Of a stretch of DNA of 64,000 nucleotides, positions 1-11,612 are shown piece after piece. The stretch's first letter is position 1; each line of letters begins with the position of its first letter. The position numbers and the translations under genes were made by a program. The notes below the pieces were generated by a model. That model was not told the origin of the DNA and did not search any database. It saw nothing but the letters and a program-made list of their open reading frames with translations. This DNA is from Chrysomallon squamiferum (Eukaryota; Animalia; Mollusca): assembly GCA_012295275.1 (NCBI GenBank), contig CM022669.1, positions 16,926,001 to 16,990,000 of the forward strand, read 5' to 3'.

Positions 1-2371
1 TGTACAGTTTTAGCTAGGAGGTAAATAAATGAGAAAAGTTACATATATAATATATGCACAAACACTGAAGTGTAAATGTGTGTGTGTTTTCGTTGGAAGA
101 AGACATATTCACTGAAAATCAGGACGTTTCTTACCAGCGTACAAAATCGGTCTCTGACATAAACTGATGAGCCTCGATATCTTCGCTTCAGTTGCAGGAT
201 AAAAAAATGAATCGGTTATGTTTGCTTTTTTGCTGTAGTTTTTTTTTTTCTGGGTTTTTTGTTTGTTTGTTGTTGTTTTTTGTGGTTTTTTCTCTTCTTT
301 TTTTTGTTGGTTGTTGTTGTTTTTTTGTATTTTTTTCTTGGATTTTTCGTTTTTAATGACACCCAGCACAAAAACAGTTGGTTACTGTACTACATTAAAC
401 AATTATTTCTATAAATGTGAATGACATCATCGTCTATACAATCTTTCGACAGATGCACTATTCGAATACAATGCTAGATGGTTTAACATTCAATGGTGGA
501 AGAAAAATATGAAGGAGTCTCTGTTATTGTGTCAAACCTGGAAACAACCCAGAACTGCTTGATGCGAAAATCAAAGGTACAAGTAGCATTTAGCTTTACA
601 TCAAACGACCTAACATACCTCTCTTCAAACACCAGGTAACGACTAGGATGTTTTGGTAAGGGTTTTAATTTTGATAACAACTGAAGAGATTACTAAGTAC
701 GTCTAGCATGAAAACTAGGTTCGAACATACAAGCTGTCAACAACCGATGTTGATCCGCTTGACAAACGATACAAGAGAGATCGTCCATAATTGTATCTTC
801 ATTAATTCCTTCTGAATCTCTTGACCTAATCACTCCCTTGCATGAGTTACAGACTTATGTGCAATAACTTTGTTGCATAATACAGCGGATTTAAGAGCGG
901 ATCTGGTCAGATTGTCATTTGAACATTCCGCAACCGGTGAATCATTCCTAATTTTTTTTTAACATATTTGGGCTCGCCAGACAAACCAGCGAATTGCTTC
1001 AGTACGGCAGATTATGACAATTTACTGATGTAACAAATAACAAAAACCTTAGCGAATACTGAGAAGAAACAACGGTTGTTAGCTCTTGAGCTTCGCGTGA
1101 CCACCAAATAACCAAATATCGCCTAAAAATATTAATTTTATTCTGCTCAAATCGAAGGGCCCGATGTAGCTCGGCTTATTCCTGCTGAATCGGACAATTC
1201 TGACCTTCACTGAATAAAGCTCATATCTTAAGACATTTATTCCCTGTAAATATATAACAATAAACACATCTCTATAGCCAGGTGAACTCATTTTCTTTTC
1301 TTTCTTTTCTCTTATTGACACTATCAACGAAAGAATGGTGAAATTTCTTAAACCTGGTTTTTAACAAGGACATTTTTGATATTACATGTGATATTTTGAA
1401 ACATATGTTAATGAAATATTAACTCATATATTAAATCATGCAAGCACACACACACACATGTTAATTATTACTCAGCACAAAACAGATTCAGACATAATCT
1501 TGACTTTAGCAATAAGCGGTTTATTCTGAACATTGACAATCCTGTTTGATGTTCTAACAATGACTCCAGTTTGTGGTCTTTGTAATTTTATCTTATGTCA
1601 GAACTTTCAGTGATATCAACTTTATGTCATGACCTGTAAAGTTCGTGCTCAATCTATTTAATTATTTTTCTTTGTTTTTTCTAGGTATTTTAGCGTAAGA
1701 AAATTACATGACTTTACACGAAAGGGACTATGAAGCTAGTCTCTGAGGGACAAATTGAAACATATGGAAGATATTAAAAGAGAACATTTGTAAATTTAAA
1801 AAAATTATTTGAATTACTTACCACTTAAAGTCCTGTACAATACTGAAAATTTGACCAAATATATTAAATTCCTTTAACAAAATAGCTGTGCTATGAATGA
1901 GATAGGGGAAAAAAGCTTTCACAAAATAAAATAATTTATTTGTATATTCTTTCATGTTAATTAGTTGTTAATTAGAGTATTTAACGATGCGTGAAGCCAA
2001 TGGTAATTTTTAAAATAATCTACTTCAAATATAATTCAGTTAATAAAAACAGTTTTGTCAACATAATAATGTCAGATAAAATCTTGTCTCTAAATATTTT
2101 GTACAAGAAAATCTAAAAGAAAATAAAAGAAATAAATGTAGTAATATTAAAGTTAAACTTAATTATCCATACAATTAGATACGTATTTGCTTGTTATTTA
2201 CAATACATTTGTAATCTTTAAAGTTTCATAGGTAATCACAGAAATGGTGATAGTCCATCGGTATTTATAATACAAATATAGAGTTATAGAGTGTTATACA
2301 CATTAACCTTATATCTAAATACCTGCAAGAAGTGACAAAACTGTTCCATCAAACAAGCTTTTGAAATACAT
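1..2371 (-). CDS. Copy A: hedgehog-related Cys-peptide/Hog gene, 5' part only (exon1 2371-2323, exon2 1842-1822, exon3 starts at 13 and runs off the window)
   Basis: Reverse-complement homology to the 5' halves of copies C/D/E. The 49-nt exon 1 and 21-nt exon 2 have GT-AG sites in the same phases. Translation is MYFKSLFDGTVLSLLA-VLYRTLS-AKTV..., which is signal-peptide-like. Downstream exons are outside the window. Confidence 0.75.
483..680 (-). mobile_element. Degraded non-LTR retrotransposon (I/Nimb-like LINE ORF2) fragment within intron 2 of copy A
   Basis: The peptide SKLKPLPKHPSRYLVFEERYVRSFDVKLNATCTFDFRIKQF...ETPSYF resembles, from memory, the region between RT and RNase H of I-clade LINEs. 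The segment ~110-1080 is absent from the homologous intron of copies C/D/E. Confidence 0.4.
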
Positions 2372-3003
2372 TTCGTCTGTGTTTTCGTTAAAAGGAAATT
2401 GTTGCTACTTGTTTGTAAACGTGATGTGAAACACTATCTGGAAACAACAGACTCGTCAGATTAAAAACCTTTGTTCAACAGTCAGCAAAGTGGTGTACAT
2501 AAATGATCTGTTAATTAACATATTATTAAATGTAAAAAAAAAAAAAAAAAAAAAAAGCATAATTAACCTGCCATACTAAATTTTATGGTGTCGCTTTTAT
2601 GATTATTTTATCTGCTTTTGAAACTTGTAGTCATGAACATTTGCAGCAAATATCATTAATATTTAGCTTTATGTCATAAAAAAAATCTCAGTTTAGATTT
2701 ATGTTGAACAAGTTAATGTATCGGTATGGATAAATATTATGTAATTTGTACCAACTTTTACAAAAATGTTTGTTCACGTCTGGGTTGGTCTTATTCAAGC
2801 ACAACATGCATGTACATGAAAATATTGTACAAGAAGTTTTGCCTGTAAATGATGTTATGTACTTAATTCTAATATGAATAGAATTTAGTGCAATTGTAGT
2901 ATAATAAAATAATGAAAAGAAACACATATTTAAAGTAGATGCTGAATAAATACGTTAGTATGTAAGATAGTAGGTTAGTATGTAAGTAACGTGAGTGAAT
3001 TGA

Positions 3004-3065
3004 TGAATGTTTAACGACACACCAGCACGAAACACATTTTGGCTATCGGGTGTGAAAACAAAGGT
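3004..3065 (+). repeat. Short interspersed repeat fragment (TTTAACGACAC-CCAGCAC...GGGTGT-AAACAAAG); degenerate relatives at ~352-385 and ~47995-48050
   Basis: Three partial, mutually similar copies in the window with internal GACAC(C)/GGTGT complementarity. Confidence 0.35.
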
Positions 3066-3359
3066 ATTTATGTGTATGTGTGTAAAAGTTGGAGATATTA
3101 TATCGCCATACCTTCACCTTTCAAGACGTCTGCAGTTAGTAAGAAATAAAACTACGTTTTGTTTGTGTTTAGTTTTGTCAGATAACATACAATAAATCAT
3201 GACAATAGTAAAGACCTGTCTTAGCTCTTTGTTTATTTGTTCATTCATTTATTCATACATACATTCATTTCCCTATCTATAAAATAGAATATATGCATGT
3301 TATGTATATATTACAAACACACACATACATACATATATATATATATATACACAAACATA

Positions 3360-3405
3360 TATACATACATACATACATATATACATACATACATACATAC
3401 ATACA

Positions 3406-3435
<30 letters not shown>
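3360..3435. repeat. (TACA)n microsatellite just upstream of the copy B truncation point
   Basis: Direct reading of the sequence. Confidence 0.9.
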
Positions 3436-3437
<2 letters not shown>

Positions 3438-3457
3438 CACACAAACATACATAATAT

Positions 3458-4321
3458 TGTCGACTGATCATTTTATCTTTGTCTCCAAAAATAACTACTC
3501 AGCTGACATGGTAGCTAGGTAAAAAGAAAGTTAAACGAATCATCAGTTTCAAACAATGCATGTTTAAAATATTTTATTCTCTGTCCTCCAATGCATCCCT
3601 ATAAATGATGGGAAGTGACAGTCCGTTAATGAAAATACTTTATGTCATTTTTTTTTCTTCTGCAGTTTTTTCACAATTATAATAATAAAAATAAGAATTA
3701 CATCCCATTTTAACCTTCCCTATGTTTGTTTATTAACCAGAACTGCCAAATCAGTGGAACCAGGTGATTACATTTTCTCTACAAACTCATGTCCAGACGG
3801 CTTTTGTCCAGAACGTGTTGTACAAATTTCATTTTTTTTAAAACAAGGTAAAAGAAAAACAACATAAATTTGTGATTAATAAATATAGGCAGGCCAATAA
3901 AAAGGATACACATACAGAAACACGTTCGCACACGCACACCCACACACACACACATTAAAATACATTAACTGTTGTACCTTTACTTGTTCACGGTTAATTG
4001 TTTTGTGATTTCTATTTACTTTTTTTATCGAACTATTATCCGTTCCAAATATAATAAAATTGTTATTAACTGTTTTATTTGTATTTTGAACTTCGTACAG
4101 GTCTGTACGTACCAGTGACAGATTCAGGAACTCTCGTTGTGGATGGAATATTTAGCTCAAGTCACTCGGCTGTTCAACACGACATCGACCACTTCTTCGT
4201 GAAACCTTTCCTCTGGTTTCCATGGTTGCTGGAACCATGGCAACAAGATGGTTGGAGTCCAGTCGTCTCTAACCTTGACAACCTAGGAACTTTGCTGTTA
4301 GGAAAGCTGTTTTCACTTTGA
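3458..4321 (+). pseudogene. Copy B: 5'-truncated Hog gene fragment (3' end of exon5 3458-3518, exon6 3741-3847, exon7 4101-4321)
   Basis: Near-identical to the 3' exons and introns of copy C. Homology starts abruptly mid-exon 5 (STDHFIFVSKNNYSADMVAR). There is no signal peptide, Cys peptide or catalytic Cys upstream on this strand. Confidence 0.85.
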
Positions 4322-5514
4322 AGAATTATTTTCACTTTTGTTTGAAATAACAATAAAGATTTTTGACAGTTATTCGCTTATTCGTTTAAACTGACTCAAA
4401 TTTGAGATAATTTCATTAACTGCTAACACGTGCATACATTCCATATATTTTTTTTCTTCCTTATAATTATTATTACATATTATAGTGTACCGTTTCGTTT
4501 GTAACATCCTACAAGTTTAATATATACTTAAAATATAAAATAGACAGTAAAAAGTGAAAATCTATTTAACAGACACAAATAAATATAACCTGAAATTAAA
4601 ATTCTTAAAATAGTCATACAGAATACCATAAATAATCAATATTATGGAAATTAAGGAAGAAAACTAAAGAACATCATTTTATTTAAAAGATACAGGTACA
4701 AATTAAGGACTGCTGTACACCAGACGAGATTTTCGTCGATTTCACGAATACATACTGGAACGCTGATATCATATTTCGTGAAAATGTGAAGTCACCAAAA
4801 ATGAATATAAATAGATTTTATCGAAGTTGGCCAAATTAAAATGTAATCGTCATGACAATTATGATTGAACTACTTTCCGCAGACAGAGTACTGCTTCCAG
4901 TTTCCTACTGTGTTTGTAGAATGATAGGGCTTTCTACTCAAAATGTTCCTTTCCAGTTTACAGTAAATTACTTTATTTAAAGAAAAAAGTTCTCTTTCTT
5001 TATGTATATCGCGTATTTCAGCAATTGTTGCAAATGTTGAGACTACAAATTTCATATGCAACAGTCTTTGTAGAATGATAGGGTTTTCTGCTCAAACTGT
5101 TCCTTTCCAGTTTACAATAAATTATTTTCTGTAAAAAATGGTTTTTTTTTTTAAATCTCTTTCTTTATGTATATCGCGTATTTCCACAGTTTCTGCAAAA
5201 AATACAATTTTCATATCCAACACCATCAAATTTAATATGGTAATTAATGCTTTTTGATTTTTTTTACCATTTTAAAATGACAGATGTTTTGGAACAATAC
5301 CTCCATAACAATATTATCTAATTATTTATTATTATTATCCACTTTTTCATACATTAGATAATATGTTAATTAGTAGATTATTTATGTACACCTCTTTGCT
5401 GACTGTTGTACAGAGGTTTTTAACCTGACGCGTCTGGTGTTTCAAGACAGTCTTTCTCCACACATCTACAGACACAGGCAGAAACAGTTTCATTTTAACG
5501 AAAGCAGAAACGAA

Positions 5515-8500
5515 ATGTATTTTACCAGATTGTTTCATGTAGCAGTTTTGTCCGTGTTTGCAGGTATTTAGATACAAGATTATTGTGTATTAAATTGAAT
5601 TTCTCTGTACGTCTGTTATAAATACCGTAACACTAATAAATTAATTCCCGTGGAACACCTAACTTCAAAAAATATAAATGTTTTGTCACAAATATCTATC
5701 TAATTCTATCAATAATTAAACAAACATTAATATTTCCTTGATGGTAATATTTAGAGACAACATTTTATGTGACGGTGCTATGTTGACAAAATTGTGTTTT
5801 CAGTAACTTAATTATGTTTAAAGCAAATGTTTATATTTTAAAATATAAAATATTATGTTTTAAAAATGATCACTGGCTTTACGCACAACTAAATACTAAT
5901 TGCCATTAAAGAATATACAAATACATTATTTTATTTTCTGTAAGATTTGTTTTCTTGTTGTTGTTTTTTTTGTTTTTTTCTACCTCGTTCATAGTATAGC
6001 TATTTTGTTAAAGGATAATATTATCTTTTGTCAAATTTTCAGTATTGTATAGGACTGTAAGCGGTAAGTAATTCAATAATTTTCTAAATACCACCACTTC
6101 TGTAAAGAAGTTTTAAAATCTATTTTAATATCTTCCATATGTTTTAATTTGTGCCTCAGAGATTAGCTTCATGTACAGTCATGTAATTTTATTACGCTAA
6201 AATACATAGAAAAAACAAAGAAAAATAATTATATAGATTGAGCACGAACTTTACATGTCATGACATAAGGTTGATATCACTGAAAGTTCTGACATAAGAT
6301 AAAATTACAAAGACCACAAACTGGAGTCATTGTTAGAACATCACACAGGATTGTCAATGTTCAGAATAAACTGCTTATTGCTAAAGTCAAGAATTATGTC
6401 TTAGTCTGTTTTGCGTAATTAATATGTGTGTGTGTCTGTGTGTGTGCTTCACGAGTTAACATATGCGTTAGTATTTAATTAACACATATTTCAGGCTTCC
6501 GAAATTTCACCATTCTTACATTGAAACTGTTGATAATTGACAGTGATGAAAACAAATGAGTAATCTTATATATGTAGATGTTTATTGTCGAATATTTATA
6601 GGGAGTATCCGTTTACTGTCTTAAGATTCAGCTTTATTCTGCGAAGGTGAGAATTGTCCGACTCAGCAAGGACATGCCGAGCTGCATAGGACCCTTCGAC
6701 CTGAACACCATAAACCTGATATAAATGTGCGATCGCACTCATGTGTATTAATATAATTTCTCTTTTATTTATATCCTAGCTGCGACTACTATGGATAGTG
6801 CTGTAAGTACTAAATTAAATTATTGATGATTTTAGGAAGCTATGTAAACTATTAGAATTATACGACTTTTTTTCTGTTCCTTTTTCCTTCTTCTTTTTCT
6901 ATTCTGATTTCCTTCTTTTTTTTTGGAAGCCTTAATTAATTATTTAATATAACCGTAAATGAATACAGAAAGTTAATACTAATAAAAATTTACTCTAGCT
7001 TACACCATCCATCAAATTCACCCAGTACTTCTTTTTGCTCTTTACTTTTCAATATATACATTGTTCCGATTAATTCTATTTGTATTTCCTATTGTTTTTT
7101 GTAGTAAGTGTGCGTGCGTGTGCCTGAGTGTGTGTGAATGTATCTCTGTGAATCTGTGTCTGTCTGTCTCTCTGAATTAGAGACAAGCGACATTTCAGTC
7201 CATATCAGTGTTCTAACATGGACAAAACCGTACTTCTATGTCAGGCACTTTGCCGTTGTTCGGATATGAATACAGGAGAACTAAATTCTGGTCCCAAGAG
7301 TATATGTTCGGATCTGTACTGCGGCTGCTTTACGAGTGGTGAACCTGTAGGAGAATGTTGTCAGCAGTGTCCAGTACCAAAGAAAGAAGACAGCGGTGGT
7401 GGATCATGCTTCTGTGGCGATTCACAGCTTTCTCTAGATGACGGGTCCGTGATTCAAATGAAGAATCTAAAAGCCGGACAAAAAGTAATGACAGGCAAGA
7501 AATCTAATATCTGTCTTATAACATTCGTTTATAAACTGTTTCCAGAATGTATATTTCCATACCACAAATACAACATACTTTTTCTCTAGCAGCGATCACG
7601 GAATAAGAAAGATTTTAGCGAAATTATTGAGATGAAATGAAATACATACTTTAGATTGTTTTTGCCTCTCAGAGTAAAAAAAAAAAAAAACCATAATAAA
7701 TCATATCATTTTAACTAACAAAAAAACACATTGTCAATAAAGATTAAAGCAAAGTTGAAAAATATAATTACCGTGTCACCTTTAACACGTTAAACAAACA
7801 GTGTACGGTTCAGATATGTCCAACGTACAAGCAAATGTTCATAAGACCGAGTTATGTTAATGTATTCAATATTAAAAAAAACAGCTACTAAATATGATAT
7901 ATTTACTTCTACGTCGAATGCTGCATTTTTATTCAGTATCTTGTTTAATCAAGATAAAGAATCTGCAATTTTGTCGTTTGAGAAAAAAATAAATAAATAA
8001 ATAAAAATAACATGTTTTTAGAAATGTGATAGTCCAGTCACACTAGTTTTGTGTTCATGTTTAAATCATAAAAACACAAACGTTTACTGCACCCAGTTTT
8101 CACAAAATATCCTGTCAGTTGAAGATATTTCCCCCGAATTAACTTTATTAAATTATACAATTATTGCTGTATCTTTCGTCTAAAACATGATCCTGACCGT
8201 TTTATTAGCAACTTCGATCCTTCGAAATAATGTCCATAGCTTAACTGATTCTCTTCTAAAAATAAATTCTTCTGTCTTATCAACTACCCCCACTTTCCTA
8301 TAAATATCAAATGATTAGTGAGAGAACAAAATGTAACGACCCCTCGGAAAGGTGTTGTTATTAAAATCTTATTCATTCTTGACCATTTATCTACAGTTTG
8401 CTATTTTATTTCAGTGCAAAACGGTCGACGTTTGTTTATGAAAGTGAAAACGTTTCTGAAGCGACAACCAAATATGAACGTGACTCATCAAACACTAACA

Positions 8501-9404
8501 ACAGAATTTGGAAACAGTGTGTCTATGTCGATAGACCATTTTATCTTTGTCTCCAAAAATAACAACTCAGCTAACATGGTAGCTAGGTAAAAAGAAATTT
8601 AAACGAATCATCAGTTTCAAACAATGCATGTTTAAAATATTTCATTCTCTGTCCTCCAATGTATCCCTATAAATGATCGGAAATGTCAGTCCGTTAATGA
8701 AAATACTTTATGTCATTTTTTTTCTCCTGCAGTTCTTTCACAATTATAATAATAAAAATAAGAATTACATCCCATTTTAACCTTCCCTATGTTTGTTTAT
8801 TAACCAGAACTGCCAAATCAGTGGAACCGGGTGATTACATTTTCTCTACAAACTCATGTCCAGACGGCTTTTGTCCAGAACGTGTTGTGCACATTTCATT
8901 TTCTTTAAAACAAGGTAAAAGACAAACAACATAAATTTGTTATAAATAAATATAGGCAGGCCAATAAAAAGGAAACACATACAGAAACACGTTCGCACAC
9001 GCACACGCACACGCACACACACACACACACACACACATTAAAATACATTAACTGTTGTACCTTTACTTGTTCACGGTTAATTGTTTTGTGATTTCTATTT
9101 ACTTTTTTTATCGAACTATTATCCGTTCCAAATATAATAAAATTGTTATTAACTGTTTTATTTGTATTTTGAACTTCGTACAGGTCTGTACGTACCAGTG
9201 ACAGATTCAGGAACTCTCGTTGTGGATGGAATATTTAGCTCAAGTCACTCGGCTGTTCAGCACGACATCGACCACTTCTTCGTGAAACCTTTCCTCTGGT
9301 TTCCATGGTTGCTGGAACCATGGCAACAAGATGGTTGGAGTCCTGTCGTCTCTAACCTTGACAACCTAGGAACTTCACTGTTAGGAAAGCTGTTTTCACT
9401 TTGA
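5515..9404 (+). CDS. Copy C: secreted 8-Cys peptide fused to Hog (Hint + SRR-like) autoprocessing domain, 280 aa; exons 5515-5563, 6043-6063, 6780-6802, 7245-7494, 8415-8586, 8808-8914, 9184-9404
   Basis: All seven exons join in frame (843 nt) with GT-AG sites plus one GC-AG. Signal peptide MYFTRLFHVAVLSVFAVLYRTVSA. Hint motifs GGGS|CFCGDS..MKNLKAGQKV, TFLKR, SIDH, VEPGDYI, GLYVPVTDSGTLVVDGIFSSSHS match the hedgehog C-terminal domain consensus (CFPG..KDL.PGDRV, TFLDR, TxxH, GVYAPLT..GTIVVDGVLASCY). Confidence 0.88.
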
Positions 9405-9434
9405 AGAATTATTTTCACTTTTGTTTGAAATAAC

Positions 9435-9440
9435 AATAAA
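9435..9440 (+). promoter_or_regulatory. Putative polyadenylation signal AATAAA of copy C (equivalents at 4352-4357, 15889-15894, 22345-22350)
   Basis: Canonical hexamer 31 nt after the stop codon, at the same position in all four + strand copies. Confidence 0.55.
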
Positions 9441-9925
9441 GATTTTTTTACAGTTATTCGCTTATTCGTTTAAACTGACTTAAATTTGAGATAATTTTAT
9501 TAACTGCTAACACGCGCATACATTCCATTTTAGCTTACGATATCCATCTTTTACAAGATGATGAGAAATAACAGAGCTTCTGTTATTTTCTACTGAGTAG
9601 AAAACATTCTGGGATAAATTAAAGTACAACAGATCATCGCTTTTCGGATTATTGCTGTATAAAACAAAATTAATGGCTTTTTTTTTTTTTTTTTTTTTCT
9701 AAATTACTTTTTCTAGAAATACCCGTTTTAGATGTTACCCCTATTGGACAAAAGTTCAAAAACTGAGTGAGCCAATTTTCTTCTTGTTGTTGTTACTAAA
9801 TAATTTCGCTCTCTGCAATATTTTATATTTTATGTTTGAATGCATACGTGTGCATTATATATGCGTATGTATTTGCATATGTATGAATGTATCTATCTAT
9901 TTGGCTATCTATCATTCCATCCATC

Positions 9926-9928
<3 letters not shown>

Positions 9929-10015
<87 letters not shown>

Positions 10016-10037
10016 GATATATATATATATATATATA
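9929..10037. repeat. (CT)n followed by (AT)n microsatellite
   Basis: Direct reading of the sequence. Confidence 0.9.
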
Positions 10038-11391
10038 TTACCCTAAGGCAACGAACATACAATGAATATGAAGGTAAAACGTGAATGTCCTAATCATCTA
10101 ATAAAACACTTTCTAATAATTCCTCTGAAATACTTGCGAGTTGTGGGATACAATACAAATTCTTGTCACCGCTCAAAGGTTATGGATATTAATTCAAACG
10201 TCAAGCACGAAAGTTCGATGTTGCACCCTTCGCCCCAAAACGGACCGTTGCGCGACATAGCTAGTCAAATCCACAGCTGTGGGTCGTACAGCGGAGATTG
10301 GCTGCGAGCGTTTGAAGTACTAATTGCTGATACTCATATCATTTTTGTGTGTCTTGTTTAGATATTAAATTAAAAATTTTTACACTGAGACATTTACCCA
10401 AATTATAATGTTAATCGGATATCCAGAATGAAGTTATTTACTGGTGGGGAGAAAGAACCACGGAAAGTTTGAGAATAATTAACAGAACGTAACAAAACTA
10501 CTCTGCTCTGTGGAAATGGTTAATTACTTAGTAGTGTCAATCCTATAAAACACTGAACATTTCACATTATGTAATCACCGAAATAGAAGGGTAACACTGC
10601 GATAGACAAATTTCACAAAATAAAATATTTTTTAAATATATTTTTTTTTTCTTCCTTATAATTATTATTACATATTATAGTGTACCGTTTCATTTGTAAC
10701 ATCCTACAAGTTTAATATATACTTAAAATGTAAAATAGACAATGAAAAGTGAAAATATATTTAACAGACACAAATAAATATAACCTTAATCTTATGCTGA
10801 AATTAGAAAACTTAAAATAGCCATACTGAATACCATGAATAATAAATAGGATGGAAATTAAGGAAGAAAAATAAAGAACATAATGTTATTTAAAAGATAC
10901 AGGTACAAATTAAGGACTGCTGTACACCAGGCGAGATTTTCGTCGATTTCACGAATACATACTGGAACGCTGATATCATATTTCGTGAAAATGTGAAGTC
11001 ACCAAAAATGAATATAAATAGATTTTATCGAAGTTGGCCAAATTAAAATGTAGTCGTCATGACAATTATGACTGACCTACTTTCCGTAGACAGAGGAGGG
11101 CTTCATAACGTTTTGCAGTTTCCTACTGTCTTTGTAGAATGATTAGGTTTTCTGCTCAAACTGTTCCTTTCCAGTTTACAATAAATTATTTTCTGTAAAA
11201 AATGTTTTTTTTTTTTTAAATCTCTTTCTTTATGTATATCGCGTATTTCCACAGTTTTTGCAAATTTTCATATCCAACACCATCAAATTTAGTATGATAA
11301 TTAATGCTTTTTGAGGTTTTTTTTAGCATTTTGAAATGACAGATGTTTTGGAGCAATACCTCCATAACAATATTATTTAATTATTTATTTA

Positions 11392-11443
<52 letters not shown>

Positions 11444-11612
11444 TTCTTACATTAGATAATATATTAATTAGTAGATTATTTATGTACACCTCTTTGCTGA
11501 CTGTTGTACAAAGGTTTTTAACCTGACGCGTCTGCTGTTTCCAGACAGTCTTTCTCCACACATCTACAGACACAGGCAGAAACAGTTTCATTTTAACGAA
11601 AGCAGAAACGAA

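Noticed and set aside
5347-5577. Repeated minus-strand ORF MYLNTCKHGQNCYMKQ... (also 11439-11675)
   Set aside because: It is the antisense shadow of exon 1 and the promoter of copies C and D, repeated only because of the segmental duplication.
7218-7244. ATG at 7218 (and ORF starts at 4079, 9162, 15616, 22072, 13927, 20335, 27545) as true start codons
   Set aside because: These lie in intron sequence upstream of AG acceptors. The homologous ATG is out of frame in copy D and is GTG in copy E, whereas the upstream 49-nt signal exon is conserved.
9229-9255. Protein-splicing intein interpretation (His-Ser in SSSHS)
   Set aside because: There is no terminal Asn/Gln (HN motif) and no endonuclease domain. 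An SRR-like tail follows, so it is Hog-type N-cleavage rather than splicing.
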